Below the pieces are notes generated by a model. It saw only the letters and a program-made list of their open reading frames with translations, was not told where the DNA came from and made no database searches. Shown piece after piece: positions 18,372 to 26,805 of a stretch of 64,000 bases of DNA. Source of the DNA: an uncultured Acidobacteriota bacterium (GTDB lineage: Bacteria > Acidobacteriota > Thermoanaerobaculia > UBA5066 > Gp7-AA6); NCBI GenBank assembly GCA_963843325.1, contig CAWJKC010000007.1:89601-153600 (forward strand), in the 5' to 3' direction. A program made the position numbers and the translations under genes. Numbering within the stretch: position 1 is the first letter of the stretch; each line of letters starts with the position of its first letter.

Positions 18372-19316
18372 ATGACCGATTCCCTCCGCGTCGTCTTCTT
18401 CGGCACGCCCGACTTCGCCGTGCCGTCGCTCGGCGCGCTCGTCGACGGGGGCTTCACCGTGCCGCTGGTCGTCACGCAGCCCGACCGGCCCGTCGGCCGC
18501 CACGCCGAGCTCCGGCCGTCCGCAGTCGGCGCGTTCGCGGCCGCGCGCGGCATCCCGGTCGAGAAGCCGGCGGCAGTCCGGGGCAACGCGCCGCTGCTCG
18601 CGGCGCTCGAGGCGGCGCGGCCCGATGCGATCGCCGTCGTGGCCTTCGGCCGGATCCTCCCGTCCGAGATCCTGCGACTGCCGCGGCTCGGCTGCGTGAA
18701 CGTGCACGCCTCGCTTCTGCCGCGGCACCGCGGCGCCTCGCCCGTCCAGGCGGCGATTCTCGCCGGCGACACCGAGACGGGCGTGGACACGATGCGGATG
18801 GAGGAGGGCCTCGACACCGGGCCCGTGTATCTCGAGCGGCGCGTGCGCATCGGCGAGAGGGAGACGGCGGGCGAGCTCTCGTCGCGGCTGGCTTCGATCG
18901 GCGGCGAGCTGCTCGTCGAGACGCTGCGGGGACTCGCGGCCGGGCCGCTCCCGGCGCGCCCGCAGGAAGGGGAGGCCTCGTTCTGCCGGCCGATCCGGCG
19001 CGAGGACGGCGCCGCGGACTGGACCCGCTCCGCGGCGGAGCTCTCGCGGCGGCTGCGGGCGTACACGCCGTGGCCCGGCCTGTACACGTTTCTCGGCCCC
19101 GAGCGCATCAAGGTTCTCGAGGCGCTGCCCTATCCGGGCGGGATCGCGGGAGAGCCGGGGGCGCTGCGGCTGGAGGGCGGTGTTCTTCTCGTCTCGGCGG
19201 GCGAGGGCACGCTGCTCCAGCTCGACCGCCTGCAGCGCGCCGGGAAGAAGCCGGTGACGGGCGCCGAGTTCGCCCGCTCCATCGCGCTGCCGTCCCGCTT
19301 CGGAAGCCCGCGGTGA
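18372..19316 (+). CDS. fmt: methionyl-tRNA formyltransferase
   Basis: 314-aa ORF with VVFFGTPDFAVPSL, VVTQPDRPVGR and NVHASLLPRHRGASPVQAAI. Confidence 0.9.
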   Translation: MTDSLRVVFFGTPDFAVPSLGALVDGGFTVPLVVTQPDRPVGRHAELRPSAVGAFAAARGIPVEKPAAVRGNAPLLAALEAARPDAIAVVAFGRILPSEILRLPRLGCVNVHASLLPRHRGASPVQAAILAGDTETGVDTMRMEEGLDTGPVYLERRVRIGERETAGELSSRLASIGGELLVETLRGLAAGPLPARPQEGEASFCRPIRREDGAADWTRSAAELSRRLRAYTPWPGLYTFLGPERIKVLEALPYPGGIAGEPGALRLEGGVLLVSAGEGTLLQLDRLQRAGKKPVTGAEFARSIALPSRFGSPR

Positions 19317-20715
19317 CGCGCGGCAAGCGGCCGGCCGCCGCGACGGCCCGCACGCGCGCGGTCGAGGCGCTGCGCGGCGTGCTCGAGAACGCCCGCAACG
19401 CGGCGCCGCTCGTCGGGGAGCTCGCGCGGGACCTGCCGCCGGCCGACCAGGATCTGCTGCGCGAGCTCGTCCTGGGCGTCCTGCGGTGGAAGTCCGCGCT
19501 CGACGCCGAGATCGCCGGCACGTGCCGCATTCCGATGCAGAAGCTCATTCCGGGCCTGCGCGAGATCATGGAGGTCGCGCTCTACCAGGTGCGATACCTC
19601 GACCGGATCCCGCAGTACGCGGCCGTCAACGCCGCCGTGGACCAGGCGCGCGCGGCCGGCGGAGAGGGCGCGGCGAAGCTCGTCAACGGCGTCCTGCGCA
19701 ACATCCTGCTTCTCCCTGCGCCGACGCCTCCCTCGCAGATACCCCCTCTCCCCCCGTCGGGGGGAGAGGGCCGGGGTGAGGGGGTGGTCGCGGCGGCTCT
19801 TGCCCGCCACTACTCCCATCCCGACGTTCCTCGTCGAACGCTGGCTCGCCCGCTTCGGCTCCGACACCACGCGCCGCATCCTCGCCGCCGACAACGCGCC
19901 ATCGCGCCTCGACCTGCTCACCAACCCGCGCCGGACGACCCGCGATGCCCTGCGTTCCGCGCTCGCCGCCGAGGGCGTCGAGACCGAGCTCTCGCCGCTC
20001 GCGCCGCTCGCCCTCACGGTCCTCAAGGGAAATCCGCTGCGCTCGCCGCTGCTCGCCGCCGGCCACTTCAGCGTCCAGGACGTGGGCGCGCAGCTGCTGC
20101 CGCTGCTCATGCCCGAGGGCGACCTGCTCGTCGATCTGGCCGCGGCGCCCGGCGGCAAGTCGCTCTCCGCCGTCGCGCACGGCCGCGCGCGCTGGACGGC
20201 CGCGGTCGACCGCTCCCGCCGGCGCCTGGCGCGCGTCACCGAGAACGTGCGCCGCCTCGGGGTCCCGGAAGTGCGCGCGATCGCCGGCGACTTCGGCGCG
20301 CTGCCCCTGCCGGACGGCCGCTGCGCGCGCATCCTGCTCGATGCGCCCTGCAGCGGGACCGGAACGCTGCGCAAGAACCCGGAGATCCGCTACCGCGTCA
20401 CGGCCGAGGCGATCGACCGGCTCGCCGGAGCCCAGACGGGCGCGCTCTCGGCCGCCGCCCGCCTGCTCGCTCCCGGCGGCTACCTTCTCTACTCGACCTG
20501 CAGCCTCGAGGAGGAAGAGAACGAGCGCGTCGTCGCGCGCGTCCTCGCCGGCGAGCCCGACCTCGAGCCTGCGCCGATCGACGCCGTCGCCTGCCCTCGC
20601 ACCCTTCGTCGAAGGCGCGAAGTTCCGGCTCTTCCCGGACGACCGCTGCGACGGCTTCACGGCGCACCTGCTGCGGCGCCGCACGGGCCCGACGACGGCC
20701 GGACGCGCTCCGTAG
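19313..20715 (+). CDS. rsmB: 16S rRNA (cytosine967-C5)-methyltransferase (frameshifted near 19820 and 20590)
   Basis: GTG at 19313 overlaps the fmt stop. The NusB-like N-terminal part is LVLGVLRWK...YQVRYLDRIPQYAAVNAAV...NGVLRN. The methyltransferase core is in ORF 19776..20780 (FSVQDVGAQL, DLAAAPGGKS, ILLDAPCSGTGTLRKNPE, LLYSTCSLEEEENE). The C-terminal part is in ORF 19945..20715. Confidence 0.85.
19744..19770. repeat. REP-like perfect palindrome (12-bp stem, 3-nt loop) inside the rsmB reading frame
   Basis: ccctctcccccc gtc ggggggagaggg, followed by ccggggtgaggggg. It is translated in-frame as PPLPPSGGEGRGEGV. Confidence 0.6.
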
Positions 20716-20725
20716 ACCTGACGAG

Positions 20726-21641
20726 ATGGATGCGCGCGCGCCGATTGCCGTGCTCTGGGCCATGCGCGCGGTCGTCCTGACCGTCGGCGAGGAGGATCCG
20801 AACGTGATCGCCGGGTGTCGCGCCCTCGGCGCCGACACGGTGGTCACGACCGCCCGCCCGAGCCTCGCGGCGGCGAGGCTGGCCGAGGCGGCGGGACTGC
20901 GGTACATCCCGTTCCTTTCGACCCGGGACGTCGACCGCCTGCTGACCGATTCGGAATACCGCGCGGAGGTGCGCGCCATCCCCGGCATTGCCGGCTTTCA
21001 CTACATGAATGATCAGATCGTCGAGGGCTACACGAGCGCCTTCGAGCAGGAGCGCGCCTACACGATCCTGAAGTCGCTTTTTCCGGCTGCAATCGTGATC
21101 CATCCGACACGGCTCGACCTGCTCGCGACGGACGCGACGTTCGCCGATCTCTATGTCCGGCCCGAATTCACCGATTACGTGGCGCCGTACTTCTACCCGG
21201 TCGCCTCGACGGTGCTCGGTCCGCAGCAGGAGGACGATCCCTGGGAGGAGCGCCTCGCGTACTTGCTCGGCCTCCTGCAACCGCGGATCCCCTCCGGAAA
21301 GCCGGTTCTGCCCGTGCTGCAGGCGTTCGAGCAGGATGGCTATCCGGTCGGGCCCGACCTGGCGTCCCGGCAGCTCGACGTGTACCGGCGAGTTCTGGCC
21401 GGACATCGCGAACCTCGCGGCGTTCTGGTGGGGCGACGGCACGGCGCCGCTGCGGGGCCTGGGCGAGCGTCCGGCGCTGCGGTCGGCGATCCGCCGGCTC
21501 TTCGCGGGCCTGCTGCCGAGGCCCGCGCCGCGTCCGGTGCCGGAGCGGCCGCGCGCCGTCGGCGGGCTGACTACCTTTTCGCCCCGGTTCCCTTCCGCCT
21601 GGCGAGTATGTCCTCGAGGCTCTTGCGGTTTGTTTCCATGA
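20726..21641 (+). CDS. hypothetical protein (frameshifted near 21385; 3' end uncertain)
   Basis: ATG at 20726 (MDARAPIAVLWAMRAVVLTVGEEDPNV...) in the tail of ORF 19070..21670. It continues as PDIANLAAFWWGDGTAPLRGL in ORF 21153..21641. I recognised no family. The predicted end overlaps the convergent DUF2059 gene by about 70 nt. Confidence 0.45.
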
Positions 21642-22041
21642 TGACCCCGGTGAGGTCGGCGGCGTGCTGAATGGCGCCGGGCAACTGGGCGACGAACTTC
21701 TGGCCGGTCGGCGTCCGGAGGAAGGCGGTGAGCTCCTTGAGCTCCTTCTCGGTGAAGGTCCTGGAGTAGTAAGCGGACATGTCTTCGCCAAAGTGACTGG
21801 ATGCAAAGCTGCCACCCAGCCAGGCCCTGACGATCCCTTCGTACGGCGCCACGCTCGGATCCCTCCCGGCGATGCTCACCAGTGACTCAACTGTCTTCTT
21901 CACGAGCTCATCGCCTCCCAGAACTTTGTAGAGGTCGCGGCCGGCCTGCTCTCGTCCAGTCGGGGCCTGATTGTCCGCGAGCGCCGCCGTTGCGAGAAAG
22001 GTGGCGATGACGATGGTCGGGAAAGTCCTTGAAAGTTTCAT
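21571..22041 (-). CDS. DUF2059 domain-containing secreted protein
   Basis: ATG at 22041 (MKLSRTFPTIVIATFLATAALA signal). FTEKELKELTAFLRTPTGQKFVAQLPGAIQHA matches the DUF2059 pattern. GC is visibly lower than in the flanks. Confidence 0.7.
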   Translation of the reverse strand: MKLSRTFPTIVIATFLATAALADNQAPTGREQAGRDLYKVLGGDELVKKTVESLVSIAGRDPSVAPYEGIVRAWLGGSFASSHFGEDMSAYYSRTFTEKELKELTAFLRTPTGQKFVAQLPGAIQHAADLTGVIMETNRKSLEDILARRKGTGAKR

Positions 22042-22181
22042 CGTTCTCCCTTTGTCAAAAAGCACTCCGCCATACCGGAGGATGCTACCCCTGCTGCCGA
22101 GCGCCGAGACACTGGAATCCGGAGCTATGATGCGCGCCCGACCGGTCGGACGACGCCGTTCGAGACGGTGGAACTGAAAAC

Positions 22182-23291
22182 ATGATCGAGCCAACCGACA
22201 ACGACGCGGCAGTCCGCGCATTCGCCGAGCGGCTGGCACCGGCGCCACCGGCCTTTCGTTCCCACATCCACGAAGCGGACGAGATGTATTCCTACAATCT
22301 GGGCATGCTTCGGGGCAGCAAAGCGGCCGCGGTGATGCTCTATTACCTGAAGGGCTGGCAGATCGCACAGGCCATTCGAGGAGTTGCGTCCTGGTACTTC
22401 GGCGGGATCCGGAACGTCGACTCGTTCCTCGATTTTGCGAGCGGCTTCGGACGGGTGACGCGATTCCTCGTTCGGGACCTGGACCCGACCAGGATCTGCG
22501 TCGCGGAGATCCAGCAGGCGGCGGTCGAATTCCAGCGAACCTACTTCGGGGTCGGGGGCCTCGTCTCGCCGCCCGACGCGCTCGATTTCAAGCCGAACCG
22601 GTCTCGGTTCGTCATGGCGACGTCGTTCTTCAGCCACGTACCGGACGCATCGTTTCGAGCCTGGGTGAAACGGCTCCTCGAGTGTGTCGAGCCGGGCGGT
22701 GTGCTCGCGTTCAGCACCAACGACGTCGCCCAGCTCGGGCCCCAGGCGAAAACGTCCAACGGATTTTTCTTTCTCCCCGAGAGCGAGACGGACCGGTTGG
22801 ACAAGACTGCCTACGGGACGACCTACGTCAGCGAGACCTACGTCCGCGAGACCATTCGCGCCGCCGGCTACGGGACGTTGTCCGTCTCACGCCTTCCCCG
22901 GGGCCTGGGCGGACTGCAGGATCTCTACCTGGTCAGTGCCGCCGCGGGCCCGGATCCTCGATTCGAAGGAGCGACCTATTACCCGTGGGGCGACGCCGAC
23001 CTTTACGAAACACGAGGGGGAAGGCGCCTCGCTGCGGCCGGCTGGGTCGAGACCGTCGACGTCGCCCCTGCAGCCGGGAAGGTGGAGTTCTTCATCAACG
23101 ACGAGCCTGCCGAGCTCTGCTCCCTGACCTCGATCGGGCCTCACCGCTCGCGGTGGTCGTTCGATGCGGACCTTGCCCGCATAACGCCCGATGATGTGCT
23201 GAGCGTGAGGGCCATGGCCGGCACACGGCAGGAGAACTTTCTGGCTCTCGCCACCCTTCGCACGAATCCACCTTCCACCGGAAAGGCCTGA
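22182..23291 (+). CDS. class I SAM-dependent methyltransferase with a C-terminal beta-rich extension
   Basis: 369-aa ORF. Motif I is FLDFASGFGRVTRFL, post-I is ICVAEIQQ, and VEPGGVLAFST follows. About 110 additional residues have no recognised family. Confidence 0.7.
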   Translation: MIEPTDNDAAVRAFAERLAPAPPAFRSHIHEADEMYSYNLGMLRGSKAAAVMLYYLKGWQIAQAIRGVASWYFGGIRNVDSFLDFASGFGRVTRFLVRDLDPTRICVAEIQQAAVEFQRTYFGVGGLVSPPDALDFKPNRSRFVMATSFFSHVPDASFRAWVKRLLECVEPGGVLAFSTNDVAQLGPQAKTSNGFFFLPESETDRLDKTAYGTTYVSETYVRETIRAAGYGTLSVSRLPRGLGGLQDLYLVSAAAGPDPRFEGATYYPWGDADLYETRGGRRLAAAGWVETVDVAPAAGKVEFFINDEPAELCSLTSIGPHRSRWSFDADLARITPDDVLSVRAMAGTRQENFLALATLRTNPPSTGKA

Positions 23292-23300
23292 AGACGAAGG

Positions 23301-23322
23301 ACGATGCCGGCGACGGCATCGT
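23301..23322. terminator. hairpin between convergent genes (9-bp perfect stem, GCGA loop)
   Basis: acgatgccg gcga cggcatcgt lies 10 nt after the methyltransferase stop. There is no U-tract, so a role as an intrinsic terminator is tentative. Confidence 0.4.
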
Positions 23323-23346
23323 GCGCGGGCGGCCGTGCCTCGGCCG

Positions 23347-24026
23347 CTAGCCGGCGGCGCCGTCGAGGTCGCGGGCTTCACGGCGTCGTAGATCCGCCGG
23401 ATCGTGATCGTGCCGGCTCGCCCGCCCTCCATCTTCGTCGTGACCGTCAGATGCGATCCATCGGCCGTGATCGAGAACGCCTCGGTCACCTTCGACCCGC
23501 TCTCCGGCTTCGAGACGATCTCGATGCGCCCGTCCTTCCACTGCGCCTCGACCTTCGTCTTGCCGCCGTGGGAGCGCTCCTCCTCGATCACGCGCCCGTC
23601 GGTGAAGACGACGCGCTCGCGTCCGGAAGCGTCCTGGATCGTGAGCTTCGGCTCGACGTGGGAGATCGTGAGCGTCTCGAGCGCGGCCAGCATCTCCGGG
23701 TCCGGCCCGGACGCGCCGGATTCCGCACCGCTCCCCGAGCCCGAGCCGTGACGGCCGCCCGAGCCGCCCGACGACCCGCTTCCTCCCATTGCGCCGCCGC
23801 CGTGGCCGTGGCCGCCCCCGCCATGTCCGCCGCCGCCTCCAGACCCTCCGCCGCCGGGCGCCGCGGCGCGGGCCTCTTCCATGACTTTCTTCGGATCGTC
23901 GCTCGCGTCCTTGTCGAGCCGCCAGGTGCCGCTCAGGTTCGGCATGTCGAGCGCGCGGAGGGTGAGGCACGCGCCGAGGGCGAGGCCGAAGAACGTCAGG
24001 GGCCGCAGATTCCGAGGTCGTTTCAC
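23347..24026 (-). CDS. secreted protein with a Gly/His/Ser-rich low-complexity linker (3' end inferred through a frameshift near 23375)
   Basis: ORF 22887..24026 has a signal peptide (LTFFGLALGACLTLRA). It then has GGGGSGGGGGHGGGGHGHGGGAMGGSGSSGGSGGRHGSGSGSG and a beta-rich domain (LTISHVEPKLTIQDASGRERVVF...TITIRRIYDAV). After that the frame turns into Arg-rich noise overlapping the methyltransferase gene. The adjacent frame stops at 23347-23349, just before the hairpin. Confidence 0.55.
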
Positions 24027-24090
24027 CTGCCCTCCCGACTTCCTGAACGAGCAGAAACGCGGATCGGTTACACGCGGGGGAACGCCCGGC

Positions 24091-25029
24091 CTACGGTGCC
24101 GGGGTGCCGGTCCGATCCCTCACGAGAAAGCCTTTCCGGGCCCGCGCCGCGTCGAGCGTGCGCCAGAGGTACTCGCCGAGGATCCCGAGCGAGACGAGCT
24201 GCACGCCGGAGAAGAAGGCGAGCGCGACCATGAGCGACGTCCAGCCCTGGATCGGCAGGCCGTGGAGCATCTTGTACGCGACGAGGAAGACGGCGTAGCC
24301 GAAGGCGAGCAGGGCGAGGACGGCGCCCGCCACGGACATCCAGCGCAGCGGGGCGTACGAGAAGGAGATGACGGCGTCCAGGAAGTACTTGAGCTTCTTC
24401 GTGAAGGTCCAGCGCGACTCGCCGTCCTCGCGGGCGACGCGGTCGTAGGGCACGAGCGCGGTCGGAAATCCGCCCCACAGGATGAGCCCCGGAAGCGACG
24501 TGTGGACCTCGCCGGCCTCCACCAGGAAGTCGACGGCCGGGCGGCCGATCAGGAAGCAGTCGAACCCTCCGGCGGGCATCTGCGCGAACGCGAGGCGGCG
24601 CAGCATTCGATAGTAGAAGCCGGCGGCCGCGCGCGTCGCGAGGCCCTCCGGGCGACTCCGGCGCACGGCGAGCACGGAAGTCGCGCCGCGGCGCCAGGCG
24701 GCCACCATGTCCGGGAGCAGCTCGGGCGGCTCCTGGAGGTCGGCCGAGAGAACGGCGACGGCCTCGCCCTTTGCCTCGCGCAGTCCGGCCATGATCGCCA
24801 TCTGCGAGCCGAAGTTGCGCGTCAACCGCAGCCCGCGCGCGGCCGGCCACTCGCGCGCGACGCCCTCGATCGCCGCCCAGGACGCGTCGCCCGAGCCGTC
24901 GTCGACGAAGAGGACCTCGACGTCGTAGTCGGCCGCCTCCGCGACTTTCTTCAGCCGCTCGGCCAGGCGGGGGAGGCTCTCCGCGTTGAAGTAGACGGGG
25001 ACGACGACCGAGACGAGCTCGCGCGTCAT
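24091..25029 (-). CDS. family 2 glycosyltransferase, polyprenyl-phosphate sugar transferase type (ArnC/GtrB-like)
   Basis: ATG at 25029. Signatures are VSVVVPVYFNAESL, LFVDDGSGD, NFGSQMAIMAGL and DLQEPPE, with two C-terminal TM helices. It is in the tail of ORF 24091..25968. Confidence 0.85.
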   Translation of the reverse strand: MTRELVSVVVPVYFNAESLPRLAERLKKVAEAADYDVEVLFVDDGSGDASWAAIEGVAREWPAARGLRLTRNFGSQMAIMAGLREAKGEAVAVLSADLQEPPELLPDMVAAWRRGATSVLAVRRSRPEGLATRAAAGFYYRMLRRLAFAQMPAGGFDCFLIGRPAVDFLVEAGEVHTSLPGLILWGGFPTALVPYDRVAREDGESRWTFTKKLKYFLDAVISFSYAPLRWMSVAGAVLALLAFGYAVFLVAYKMLHGLPIQGWTSLMVALAFFSGVQLVSLGILGEYLWRTLDAARARKGFLVRDRTGTPAP

Positions 25030-26162
25030 CGCGCGGTCTCGAAGAAATCGCGCACGGCCGCGATCACGGCATCCGCCTGGGCGTCGGAGAGGCCGGGGTA
25101 GATGGGCAGCGAAACCGTCGTGTCGCACGCGTCCTCGGACACCGGAAAGGCCCCCTTGCCATGGCCGAGGAACGCGTACGCCGGGTGGAGGTGGAGGGGG
25201 ACCGGATAGTGGACGCCCGTCTCGATGCCGCGCGCGGCGAGGTGCTCGCGAAACGCGTCGCGACGCGCGAGGCGCACGGGGTAGAGGTGATGCGCCGGCG
25301 TCGCGCCCGGGCGCGCGCGCAGCAGCCGCAGCGGGAGATCCGCGAACGCCTGGTCGTAGCGCTCCGCGATCTCGCGGCGCCGGGCGTTCTCCCGCTCCAG
25401 GAACGGCAGCTTCGCGCGCAGGATCGCCGCCTGGATCTCGTCGAGGCGCGAGTTCCAGCCCTCGCGCTCGGCGTAGTCGCGGCGGCTCCAGCCGTACTGG
25501 CGCAGGCGGCGCAGCTCCTCGGCGACGCTGGCATTGCCGGTCGCCACCGCGCCGCCGTCGCCGTAGGCGCCCAGGTTCTTGGAGGGGTAGAAGGAAAAGG
25601 CGGCGGTTCGCCCGAAGCTTCCGGTCGTCGCCCCGGTCAGGCGCGCGCCGTGACTCTGGGCGCAGTCCTCGACGAGCGTGAGCTGGCGTTTCTGCGCGAG
25701 CGCGCCGAGGCCTTCCAGGTCGGCGACGCCTCCGTACAGGTGGACGGGGAGCAGGAACTTCGCCGCGGGGCCGGCGACCCGCTCGGCGCCGGCGGCGTGG
25801 AGCGTGAGGGTCTCCGGGTCGACGTCCGCGAGGACCGGCTTCGCGCCGGCCTGACGGACGCCGGCGAGCGTCGCGGTGCAGGTGTTGGCGGGCAGGACGA
25901 CTTCGTCGCCGGGCGCCGCGCCCGCGCCCGCGAGCGCGAGCGCGATCGCCTCGGTGCCGTTGGCGCACGCGACGACGTGGGCGACGCCGATCGCCCGCGC
26001 GAACTCCTCCTCGAAGCGCGCGACTTCCTCTCCGAGCACGAACCAGCCGCGCTCGAGGACCCGAGCGACGGCGGCATCGATCGCGGCGCGCTTGCCCCGG
26101 TAGTCCTCGGCCAGGGCGCCGAACGCGACGCGGGGCGCGAGGCCGGCGGCGCCCGGGTTCAT
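25026..26162 (-). CDS. DegT/DnrJ/EryC1/StrS-family sugar aminotransferase (ArnB-like)
   Basis: ATG at 26162. Signatures are CANGTEAIALAL, LPVHLYG, AAFSFYPSKNLGAYGDGGAV and NSRLDEIQAAILR. It overlaps both neighbours by 4 nt. Confidence 0.85.
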   Translation of the reverse strand: MNPGAAGLAPRVAFGALAEDYRGKRAAIDAAVARVLERGWFVLGEEVARFEEEFARAIGVAHVVACANGTEAIALALAGAGAAPGDEVVLPANTCTATLAGVRQAGAKPVLADVDPETLTLHAAGAERVAGPAAKFLLPVHLYGGVADLEGLGALAQKRQLTLVEDCAQSHGARLTGATTGSFGRTAAFSFYPSKNLGAYGDGGAVATGNASVAEELRRLRQYGWSRRDYAEREGWNSRLDEIQAAILRAKLPFLERENARRREIAERYDQAFADLPLRLLRARPGATPAHHLYPVRLARRDAFREHLAARGIETGVHYPVPLHLHPAYAFLGHGKGAFPVSEDACDTTVSLPIYPGLSDAQADAVIAAVRDFFETAR

Positions 26163-26719
26163 GCGGCCTCGACGACCTCGCCGCCGGCTTCGCGCGTGAA
26201 GCGGCGGCCGCAGGAGCAGGCGGTGGCGCCGTTCTCGAACCGGAGCGTGTTCGCGCACCGGCACACGTGGCCGTGCACCTGCGCCGGGCTGCCGTAGACG
26301 AGCGCGAAATCCGGCACGTCGCGCGTCACGAGGGACCCGGCGCCGACCATCGCGAAGCGCCCGACCGTGATGCCGGGCAGCAGGATCGCGCCCGCGCCGA
26401 GGCTCGCGCCCTCGCGCACGAGCGTGCGGGGATAGTGGTCGAGGCGCCGGCCGCTGCGGGGACGCGGGTCGTTCGAGAACGTCACGTCCGGGCCCACGAA
26501 GACGCCGTCTTCGAGCACCAGACCGTCGTAGAGCGACACGCCGCACTTGACCGTGACGCGGTCGCCGAGCACGACGTCGTTCTCGATGAAGCAGCGGTCG
26601 CAGATGTTGCAGTCGCGGCCGATGCGCGCCCCGGCGAGGACGTTGACGAACGCCCAGATCCGCGTGCCGTCGCCGACCTCTTTCGAGGCCACGAGGGCGG
26701 TAGGGTGGATCGAGAGCAT
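26159..26719 (-). CDS. hexapeptide-repeat (left-handed beta-helix) sugar N-acyltransferase
   Basis: 186-aa ORF with hexapeptide repeats (IGRDCNICDRCFIENDVVLGDRVTVKCGVSLYDG...) and a C-terminal Cys-rich tail, as in WxcM-type acetyltransferases. Confidence 0.8.
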   Translation of the reverse strand: MLSIHPTALVASKEVGDGTRIWAFVNVLAGARIGRDCNICDRCFIENDVVLGDRVTVKCGVSLYDGLVLEDGVFVGPDVTFSNDPRPRSGRRLDHYPRTLVREGASLGAGAILLPGITVGRFAMVGAGSLVTRDVPDFALVYGSPAQVHGHVCRCANTLRFENGATACSCGRRFTREAGGEVVEAA

Positions 26720-26805
26720 TCCTGAGCGCGGAGCTTAACCCAGGAACGGGCGGCTCGCGCCCCGGCGGGCGCGAGCCGGACCGATGCGCGACGCGGAAGA
26801 GGACC

